Below, one piece after another: positions 15,788-23,174 of a stretch of 24,923 nucleotides of DNA. The stretch covers positions 1 to 24,923 of the forward strand of contig JAJDDX010000258.1 in the NCBI GenBank assembly GCA_029260055.1, in the 5' to 3' direction. The position numbers and the translations under genes were made by a program. A model generated the notes under the pieces. The model searched no databases. It saw only the letters and a list, made by a program, of their open reading frames with translations, and was not told where the DNA came from. Position 1 is the first letter of the stretch, and every line of letters starts with the position of its first letter. Origin of the DNA: Phycisphaerae bacterium (GTDB lineage Bacteria > Planctomycetota > Phycisphaerae > UBA1845).

Positions 15788-16554
15788 GCTTGACCTCCTT
15801 CGTCCGTGTCATGTAGGAACTCGAACTCCTTGCGCGAGACGACCTCGCCCAGGCCGGCCGTGTAACCGACCACCGCGACGATCTCACCCGCGCCGAACTC
15901 ACCGCCGTCGCGCTTGGCGATAGCCGGGATGAATCGCTCGGCACGCTTCGCCTTCACCGCGATCTCACCCGTCTTGCCGGGCCGGATCGCGACGGTGACG
16001 CGCGCGAGCTTGTTGACGTAGTCAGTCGGCTGCAGGGCACTGTTCCCCGAACTGCGCCGAATCGAGCGCAGCAGTTGATGAACGCCCTGCCCCACGAGCA
16101 GCCCACCGCCCGCAGCCAACCCTAGAACCAGCACACTCGACATGCCGTCGGACAGGTAGGTGAAGATCACACCCACCGCACCGAAGACCGCCATGAAGTA
16201 GACGACGAACTGGATCGAGAACCAACTCGTCAGCGACGCGCCCGCATGGTCAACGTGGTGGTGGCCACCGATATCGCCCGGCGCGTCCACGTGACCGGGC
16301 ACATCTACATCGGCACCAACGTCCATTCCGACGTCGGTGTCGAGTGACACGTCGGCATCCGCATGGATGTCGATGCCGACGTCCGCATCCACACCGAAGT
16401 CAGCATCAAAATGGGCATCGACGTCGCCGTGTCCGTGGCTGCCGAGCAGCGTCGAAATCAGGATCAAGCCCATTCCGACGATCAGGCAAATCCAATAGAG
16501 CGAAACCAGGCCCGAGGCGCCGTCCGCCAAAGCTAGCATCGTAATCTCGAACAT
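15784..16554 (-). CDS. NfeD-like membrane protein (YqiJ/YuaF family; flotillin partner) with a long His/Asp-rich insertion
   Basis: 256 aa with N- and mid-protein TM segments and a C-terminal OB-fold-like stretch (VTVAIRPGKTGEIAVKAKRAERFIPAIA). Its stop overlaps the flotillin start by 4 nt. A ~60-aa D/H/V/G low-complexity region (HGHGDVDAHFDADFGVDADVGIDIHADADV...GHHHVDH) is present. Confidence 0.8.
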   Translation of the reverse strand: MFEITMLALADGASGLVSLYWICLIVGMGLILISTLLGSHGHGDVDAHFDADFGVDADVGIDIHADADVSLDTDVGMDVGADVDVPGHVDAPGDIGGHHHVDHAGASLTSWFSIQFVVYFMAVFGAVGVIFTYLSDGMSSVLVLGLAAGGGLLVGQGVHQLLRSIRRSSGNSALQPTDYVNKLARVTVAIRPGKTGEIAVKAKRAERFIPAIAKRDGGEFGAGEIVAVVGYTAGLGEVVSRKEFEFLHDTDEGGQA

Positions 16555-16868
16555 CTGCCTACCTCATGCCTTCATAAGACGCGAACCGAAAGTGCCGGCG
16601 GGAAAGGCATCCCGACCACCTATAATCTACAGCGCGCCGCAATCCGTGCCTATTTGAATTCGCGGACCTTTTCATAACGCCGAAAGCCACGAGAAAGCCA
16701 CCTCCGCCCCCATCACGCCCGCAAATGTCCGAACCTGTAAGGCGGTAAACCACAGCTATTCGGACCCGTCACGACCGAATCCGGGCGAAAACCAGACCCG
16801 ACTTGCGGTTGGCTCCTCACTGCTACTAGAATCGTCAGTGCCTACCGGGCGGAAAAGGGGATTCCGGA

Positions 16869-18809
16869 ATGAGAGAAAAAACGAAGCTCGCTACCCTGTT
16901 GGTCCTGACGGTACTGGGCACGACCGGGCTGTTCTTCTCGCCCGCCGCTGCGTCTGAGCAGCCCGCGCCGGCGGCCGTTGCCCCACAGCCGACCGAGCCC
17001 GTCGTCGTCCGTATCCACGTGCGCGATACCGAACACTTGAACGCCGTCGCCGGCGAACTCGACATCTGGGAGACCCACCCGAACGAGTTGTACGTCGTCG
17101 CGCGTGTGACCCCGGAACAACACCAGTGGCTCGAAGGCCTCGGCTATCGACTGGAAATCGACGGCGACAAGACCGCGGACATCCGAGCCGCCGCCATCGG
17201 CCCGCTCGATCCGCGATTCCACTACTTCGATGACTACCTGACCAACGCCAACGGCCTCTACATCAAGGACACGCTGCAAAGCATCAACGTAGCCCACCCC
17301 GACCTCACCGAGTTGATCGACATCGGCGATGCATGGCTGGCCAACCAGCAGGACGAACATCACCGCGATATTTGGGTCATGCGCATCACGAACGAGGACG
17401 CAGCCTACGGACCGATCGAAAGCAAGCCCGCCTTCTTCCTGTTCGGCACCATCCACGCCCGTGAGGTCGTCATACCCGAACTGGCGACGCGCTACATCAA
17501 ATACCTGACCGAGGGATTCGGCGGCGCCGGCGGCTACGGCGTCGACCCCGATGTCACGTGGCTGGTCAACCACAACGTCGTCCACGTGCTCGTCATGCAG
17601 AACCCGGACGGCCACTGGGTCAACGAACAGGACACCAGCGCCTTCCGCCGCAAGAACAGTAACGACAGCAACCTCTGCGCTAACCCGGCTAACGCGGGCG
17701 TCGACCTGAACCGCAACAGCAGCTTCCTGTGGGGATGTTGCGGAGGCTCGAGCGTTGACCCGTGCAGCCCGACCTATCGTGGCCCCGCGCCCGCCTCTGA
17801 GCCCGAGACCCAGGCCTTCCAGGCCTACTTCGCCTCGGTCATGCAGGACCAGAACGGACCGAACGGTGATGACGAAATCCCGCCGGCTGCTCCGGATGAT
17901 ACGACCGGCATCTTCATCAGCCTCCACGCCTACCAGGATGAAATCTACTGGCCGTGGGGCTTCGACGACTTCGACCCGTCGCCCAATCACGCTCAACTCG
18001 AAACCATCGGGCACAAGTTCGCTTACTACAACAACTACACCCCCGCCGGGACCATCTTTTACGATGTGGACGGCGCCACCGACGACTGGACCTACGGCAA
18101 GTTCGGCATCGCGTCCTACACCTTCGAGGTCGGCCCGACCACCGGCACTTGCCGAGGCTTCTTCCCGCCCTTCGGCTGCATCGACGCCGTCGACGGCATG
18201 CCGCGCAACTTCTGGGCGGAGAACCTCCCGGTCCTTCTCTACGCGCACAAGATCGCAGCCACGCCCTATATGACCGCCTATGGCCCGGATGCAGACAACG
18301 TCGTCGCGCTTCCCGCGTTCGCAACGCCCGGTTTGGTCGTACAACTCAGCGCTCGCGTCGCGGACCACCGATACGTCGGCGACCCGCTGCGCCCCATGGC
18401 GGCAGCCGAGTACTTCATCGACGCACCCGGTACGGACGGCACCGGCACCGCGATGATGCCATCCGACGGCACCTTCGATACGACCAGTGAGCAGGTGCTC
18501 ACCTCGATCAACACGACGGGCCTGAGCAGCGGCCGTCACTACGTCCTGGTCCACGGCCAAAACGACGCCGGCGACTGGGGACCCTTCACAGCCGCCTTCC
18601 TCACCATCGCGGTTCCCGGCGACTTCGACTTTGACGGCACTGTGAACCTCGCCGACCACGCAGTCTTCGCCGCCTGCCTCTCCGGCCCCGACGTAACCAC
18701 TCCCCCACCCGGCTGTTCACCTGCACAGTTCGACGTAGCCGACCTGGACAACGACGACGACGTAGACACCAACGACTTCGCCGCCTTCCAGTCTTTGATT
18801 GGGCAGTAG
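16869..18809 (+). CDS. Secreted M14-family zinc carboxypeptidase with C-terminal dockerin-like Ca-binding repeats
   Basis: Signal peptide MREKTKLATLLVLTVLGTTGLFFSPAAAS. The M14 zinc/catalytic motifs are present: HAREVV (HxxE), NPDG, DLNRN, SLHAYQ (second His ligand) and TFEVG (catalytic Glu). The C-terminus DFDFDGTVNLADHAVFAACLSG...DLDNDDDVDTNDFAAFQ resembles dockerin type I repeats. The minus ORF 16842..18659 is its shadow. Confidence 0.85.
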   Translation: MREKTKLATLLVLTVLGTTGLFFSPAAASEQPAPAAVAPQPTEPVVVRIHVRDTEHLNAVAGELDIWETHPNELYVVARVTPEQHQWLEGLGYRLEIDGDKTADIRAAAIGPLDPRFHYFDDYLTNANGLYIKDTLQSINVAHPDLTELIDIGDAWLANQQDEHHRDIWVMRITNEDAAYGPIESKPAFFLFGTIHAREVVIPELATRYIKYLTEGFGGAGGYGVDPDVTWLVNHNVVHVLVMQNPDGHWVNEQDTSAFRRKNSNDSNLCANPANAGVDLNRNSSFLWGCCGGSSVDPCSPTYRGPAPASEPETQAFQAYFASVMQDQNGPNGDDEIPPAAPDDTTGIFISLHAYQDEIYWPWGFDDFDPSPNHAQLETIGHKFAYYNNYTPAGTIFYDVDGATDDWTYGKFGIASYTFEVGPTTGTCRGFFPPFGCIDAVDGMPRNFWAENLPVLLYAHKIAATPYMTAYGPDADNVVALPAFATPGLVVQLSARVADHRYVGDPLRPMAAAEYFIDAPGTDGTGTAMMPSDGTFDTTSEQVLTSINTTGLSSGRHYVLVHGQNDAGDWGPFTAAFLTIAVPGDFDFDGTVNLADHAVFAACLSGPDVTTPPPGCSPAQFDVADLDNDDDVDTNDFAAFQSLIGQ

Positions 18810-18847
18810 GCCGCGCCCTTGCGAGACACCACGGCCCCCGAGTCCGG

Positions 18848-18877
18848 GTGGCATGGGCAAACTCGTTTGCCCGTGTT
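18848..18877. repeat. Palindromic repeat family B, second copy
   Basis: GTGGCATGGGCAAACTCGTTTGCCCGTGTT; compare 9387-9416. Confidence 0.65.
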
Positions 18878-19045
18878 GACCCACAGCACCCCCATGTTGC
18901 GCCCCTACCGCGACCGAGCACCTCTCCCGGCCCGGGTGCCACGGACAAGCAGCAGCTTGTCCGTGCGCGAACCACTGGCCTGGGACTGCCCGGATCGACC
19001 AGTCTACACGTCGCATGGCCGGAGTTGCACCCATGCAAGCGTAAG

Positions 19046-19078
19046 TTGCAGGGCAGCGAGTCCTTGGTGTACAATTGT
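19046..19078 (+). promoter_or_regulatory. Near-consensus sigma70 promoter (TTGCAG-18-TACAAT) overlapping an 8-bp palindrome ACAATTGT (possible operator)
   Basis: -35 TTGCAG at 19046-19051, -10 TACAAT at 19070-19075, and the palindrome ACAATTGT at 19071-19078. An AAGGAGG RBS sits at 19130-19136, ahead of the ATG at 19149. Confidence 0.5.
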
Positions 19079-19148
19079 GCGTGCCAGGAACACTTCGAAT
19101 TCGGACGGAAGCGCACACAGGCTGAGCTGCAAGGAGGCAGCGGCAAAC

Positions 19149-19955
19149 ATGGCAAGCACAAACCGCCAGCACCGTAAACAACAGAAGAAACTGAAGAGGC
19201 AGCGGAAACTGAAGGCCGAGGGGCAGAAACTGGCAAGAGAACGTTCAGCCTTCCGGGAGGGTTTAGATTCGTACGTCACTGAATACGAACGGCTCAAACG
19301 TACACCGATCGTCGAGTCGCTAATCGGCATCTACGAACTCGACGACGCAACTTACGGCCTTACGCCCGCTGAGCAACTGGAGCACATCGGACTGACTGAC
19401 CACTCCATCGTCTCTTACAATTCAGACGACAACGGGGAGCCTGATCAACATGATGCGGATCCGAAGGCGGCGGGCTCGACCTCAGCCGTTCGCCTGCCTT
19501 CCGGCGCCATTCGCCCAATTATCTTCCTGAGAAACCGCGTCGTGGTAGACGATGATGGCGAGCAGACCGAAGAAGAGACGGAACAGAATGTAGCCTTCGG
19601 AATTCGGCTCGTTTTGCTGTTGCATGAACTTGGGCATGCTGAAGACATCGCATTAGGCGTCAACTTCGACCACGATCGTCGGACGCTTCAGTTGGTGGAC
19701 GCGGAGGCCTATGCCCACCGATTCGTCTGCCGCGAAACCAAGAAACGCAACTACCGATTGGCCCTGGCACACTATCTTGACGACATCGAAGGAAAGCTCG
19801 AATCGGGAGTTGAGTACGTGCGCCTGGCGGCACAGAAACTCCACGAGGAGATAGACGTACCCCAACTGAAGGAATTCGCCGAGAAGGCGTGGAGTACCCA
19901 CAAGGGAAGAGAGTATTACCTCGCGATGGAACGGCTGAGGAAATCAGCTACGTAA
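19149..19955 (+). CDS. ImmA/IrrE-family (DUF955-like) HExxH zinc metallopeptidase with a strongly basic N-terminal region
   Basis: The HELGH motif lies in the hydrophobic context FGIRLVLLLHELGHAEDIALG. About 25 residues downstream comes VDAEAYAHRF, which fits the family's third-ligand E..A..FA motif. The N-terminus is Lys/Arg-rich: MASTNRQHRKQQKKLKRQRKLKAEGQKLARER. The start is taken at the ATG at 19149 after AAGGAGG; the listed ORF 18819.. extends upstream across the promoter and repeat and is rejected. GC content and third-codon positions are visibly lower than in the flanking genes. Confidence 0.6.
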   Translation: MASTNRQHRKQQKKLKRQRKLKAEGQKLARERSAFREGLDSYVTEYERLKRTPIVESLIGIYELDDATYGLTPAEQLEHIGLTDHSIVSYNSDDNGEPDQHDADPKAAGSTSAVRLPSGAIRPIIFLRNRVVVDDDGEQTEEETEQNVAFGIRLVLLLHELGHAEDIALGVNFDHDRRTLQLVDAEAYAHRFVCRETKKRNYRLALAHYLDDIEGKLESGVEYVRLAAQKLHEEIDVPQLKEFAEKAWSTHKGREYYLAMERLRKSAT

Positions 19956-20009
19956 GACACGCTCGTCGTTGGTGGGATAGGCTCGCTCGCGAACAAGCAA
20001 GTCAACATT

Positions 20010-20795
20010 ATGAAAAAGCGCGAAGCAAGAGAGAGAGTCGAACGACAGCTAAAGGCCTTCCAACGGCTGTCTGGAGGCGGGATAGATACAGCTGAATTCA
20101 AGAAATGGAGACGTGATACAGTCCTGGCGATTGAACATGTTTTTGGCAAGGAAACGCGGCATGTGGGCGACTTCACGGGCATCCAATGGACGCCCAGTTC
20201 AGCCGTATTTGATCCCGGCCCCGCGTATGCGAAAGTGTACTCGGCTGGAGTGCAAAGCGTAAATGCGGTCCTCAGGTCGATGATTGATGAGATCGACGAG
20301 TACTGGGACGACCGAGCCGGCCAGCCGAGCGCCGACGCCGCGTCAGCCGTGGTGGCCCTGTGCGACCGATTCCATCTCGTCGCCCGCCAACTGAGATCTC
20401 GACACGATAGCCGAGCTACCCTCGAGGTTGAAGATGAGTACGACGTTCAGGATCTCCTGCATGCTCTGCTGAAAACCAGCTTCGATGATGTCAGGGCGGA
20501 AGAGTGGACGCCGAGTTATGCCGGGAAATCGGCAAGGGTCGATTTCCTCTTGAAGGAATCCAAGCTTGTCATCGAAACTAAGAAGACCAGCAAATCCCTT
20601 GGAGTGAAAGGCATAGGCGACCAACTGCTCGTAGACATCATGCGCTACAAGAGCCATCCTGACTGTGGTCGGCTGATTTGTTTCGTCTATGATCCAGAAG
20701 GGCGCATTGGCAACCCCAAGAGTATCGAAACTGACTTGACAGGAACGCACGATGATCTGGATGTGTTGGTCATCGTCGCACCGAAGGGTATGTAA
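20010..20795 (+). CDS. PD-(D/E)xK nuclease-fold protein (predicted) with an N-terminal helical domain of unknown function
   Basis: The C-terminal half shows the restriction-endonuclease-like core order: an acidic helix (LEVEDEYDVQDLLHALL), then a strand carrying Asp (ARVDFLL), then about 10 residues later E-x-K (LVIETKK), then a hydrophobic strand (RLICFVYDP). It is lower-GC like its upstream neighbour and lies 55 bp downstream of it on the same strand. Confidence 0.5.
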   Translation: MKKREARERVERQLKAFQRLSGGGIDTAEFKKWRRDTVLAIEHVFGKETRHVGDFTGIQWTPSSAVFDPGPAYAKVYSAGVQSVNAVLRSMIDEIDEYWDDRAGQPSADAASAVVALCDRFHLVARQLRSRHDSRATLEVEDEYDVQDLLHALLKTSFDDVRAEEWTPSYAGKSARVDFLLKESKLVIETKKTSKSLGVKGIGDQLLVDIMRYKSHPDCGRLICFVYDPEGRIGNPKSIETDLTGTHDDLDVLVIVAPKGM

Positions 20796-20956
20796 GGCAC
20801 GTTACCGAATCGCGCCACTTCGCCAGACTAGCCGGCGGCGCCCGGCCTTGAGTTAGGCCCCAGAAACGGCGATTCCTCGCCCAGCTTTTCCTTGCCCCCG
20901 CCCGCCCGAACCTGCTACCATACATACTTCATCCCATCTCTTGAGGGAGAGAAGCC

Positions 20957-22456
20957 ATGTCGAACTGCAAGCTGCTTTCAATCGCAATTGCCTGTGTGCT
21001 GATCACCACGACCGCTCGCGCCGGTGGCACCACATACGTCGACGCTGACGCCACCGGAGCCGCGCAAGACGGCTCGAGCTGGTGTGACGCCTACCTCACG
21101 CTGCAAGACGCGCTCGCCTCAGCCGGCGCGGGCGACAACATCCGGATCGCCAATGGCATCTACCAACCCGACCAGGGCGGAACCGCCACGCCGGGCAGCC
21201 GATTCGAAAGCTTCGTGCTTATCGAAGGCGTCGCCATCAAGGGCGGCTACGCCGGTTGCGGGGCACCCGACCCTAACGAGCGAGACCTCATCGCCCACGA
21301 GACCGTCCTTTCCGGCGACTTAACCGGTAACGACGGTCCCGACTTCGCAAACTACGCCGAGAACAGTTACCACGTCGTCACCGCGACCGCCGTCACCCCG
21401 GCCGCGAAAATCGACGGCGTGACCATCAGTTCCGGCAACGCCGACGACAACGCCATCCCCCACGACGCCGGCGGCGGCATGCGGAACAACCAGGCAAGTC
21501 CGGGCGTGATCGAATGCACCTTCAGCGCCAACTCAGCCGTCTGGGGCGGCGGCATGGAGAACTTCGTCAATTCCAATCCGATGGTCTATGGCTGTAAGTT
21601 CGAGGCCAACCGGGCGACGTTCCGCGGCGGCGGGCTGCACAACAACGCCTCGAGCCCGACGGTCCTGCAAAGCGACTTCATCGACAACACGGCCTACAAC
21701 TCCGGCGGCGGCATGCGTAGCTTCAACTTCAGTGCCCCGTTCGTGTCACTCTGCCGGTTCATCGGCAACACGGCTGAGTTCGGCGCCGGCGTGGTCTGCG
21801 ACGAGACTTTCGGCGTCGTCGCCAACACCGTCTTCACCGGCAACACGGCAGAGGGCACCAGCGGGGCCTTTCACAACTGGCTGTCCAGCCCGGTCATCAC
21901 CAACTGCACCTTCAGCTACAACACCGGCAGCGCCGGCGGCGGCATCTTCAGCACCCACGACAGCTTCCCCGAGATCACCAACTGCATCCTCTGGCAAAAC
22001 AGCGACGCGAGCGGCATGAACGAATCCGCTCAGATCTTCTCGCAGGCCGGCTCCGTGCCCGTCGTCAACCACTCCTGCGTGCAGGGCTGGACGGGCACGC
22101 TCGGCGGAACCGGCAACTTCGGCGACGACCCGTTGCTGCTCGACGCGGACGGCCCCGACGATGCACCCGGCACAGAGGACGACAACCTGCGCCTGATCCC
22201 CGGATCACCCTGCATTGACGCCGGCGACAGCACAGCCGCCGTCGGCTCGGTCGACCTCGATAACAACCCGCGCATCATCGACGGCGACGGTGACGACGTA
22301 GCCGTCATCGACATCGGCGCCTACGAAGCCCCACCGATCCCCGAGGCCATCCCAACCGTGTCCACCTGGGGGCTTTTCATCACAACGCTACTAGGCTTCG
22401 TCGCCTTCACGATCGCGACACACGGACGAAGGCGCCTGAGCGCAACCACCGCCTAA
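20957..22456 (+). CDS. Secreted parallel beta-helix protein with Pmp-type (FxxN...GGA[ILV]) repeats and an IPTL-CTERM-like C-terminal sorting signal
   Basis: Signal peptide MSNCKLLSIAIACVLITTTARA. At least six FxxN / GGG[MLIF] repeat pairs are present (FSANSAVWGGGM, FEANRATFRGGGL, FIDNTAYNSGGGM, FIGNTAEFGAGVV, FTGNTAEGTSGAF, FSYNTGSAGGGIF). The C-terminus IPTVSTWGLFITTLLGFVAFTIATHGRRRL has a motif, a TM helix and an Arg cluster. GAGGGAGAG RBS. Confidence 0.8.
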   Translation: MSNCKLLSIAIACVLITTTARAGGTTYVDADATGAAQDGSSWCDAYLTLQDALASAGAGDNIRIANGIYQPDQGGTATPGSRFESFVLIEGVAIKGGYAGCGAPDPNERDLIAHETVLSGDLTGNDGPDFANYAENSYHVVTATAVTPAAKIDGVTISSGNADDNAIPHDAGGGMRNNQASPGVIECTFSANSAVWGGGMENFVNSNPMVYGCKFEANRATFRGGGLHNNASSPTVLQSDFIDNTAYNSGGGMRSFNFSAPFVSLCRFIGNTAEFGAGVVCDETFGVVANTVFTGNTAEGTSGAFHNWLSSPVITNCTFSYNTGSAGGGIFSTHDSFPEITNCILWQNSDASGMNESAQIFSQAGSVPVVNHSCVQGWTGTLGGTGNFGDDPLLLDADGPDDAPGTEDDNLRLIPGSPCIDAGDSTAAVGSVDLDNNPRIIDGDGDDVAVIDIGAYEAPPIPEAIPTVSTWGLFITTLLGFVAFTIATHGRRRLSATTA

Positions 22457-22688
22457 GCCCAACGCAACACTTCGCGCCAAGTGCCACCATGCCTGCACCT
22501 GTGCCACGCAGTGACCTCGTTACCGGACGTTGCCCGCCGCCCTATATCCATATGTAACGCCTCAACATCCCGCCCCCACTTCCCGATGAACGGGGGCTCG
22601 ACGTAACGTGCCGGGTAAAGTACTGCTTGCGTCGGCAGCGACATGTATCGTCAACGGGCAAAAAAACTTACAGCGATGCCATTTTCGT

Positions 22689-22717
22689 TTGTCAAACCCG
22701 GCTCGGATGTCTATCTT
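22689..22717 (+). promoter_or_regulatory. Candidate sigma70 promoter (TTGTCA-17-TATCTT)
   Basis: -35 TTGTCA at 22689-22694 and -10 TATCTT at 22712-22717. It lies in the 718-bp intergenic region, and nothing obviously coding follows for ~450 nt. Confidence 0.2.
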
Positions 22718-23174
22718 TATAGGAGCAACTTCGTGGCGTCGGGGTTGGGAAGCGGGTCGCCCACTGCCGTGGCCGGAGGACCACGCGCGAAGCGCAGACG
22801 GAACCGTCACTCGGTTCCCGGCCGGGGGCAACTCGCACCGCGTCGGAACATTCGGTTGGGAGGAATGTTCTATCGACGCGCTCGCAACCTTACGGGCTGG
22901 CTTCTGCTGTGCCCGTAGTCCCGAACAGCTACGTGTTGTGGTGCATCTCCAGTCGGAAGCTGGTGCCTACCACACAGAAGCGGAAGTTTGTCGCTTGGTT
23001 CGACTGCGCCCAGCGTGTCCGATAACGGGCACGGGACTGGGGGCTTCGAGTCTGTTGTGGTGTTTCTTAAATGACAATGTCTTGGGTTTTGCTTTGGGCA
23101 CGCACTCGGATCTTAAGACCGCACGGGCGGTCCGGATGCGGAGCACGCCTTGGCCTCCTTGGGAGGGATCTGCA

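Noticed and set aside
18819-19148. N-terminal 110-codon extension of the listed ORF 18819..19955
   Set aside because: The extension runs through the family B palindromic repeat and the predicted promoter. The ATG at 19149 has a strong AAGGAGG RBS, and the lower-GC composition begins only near 19040.
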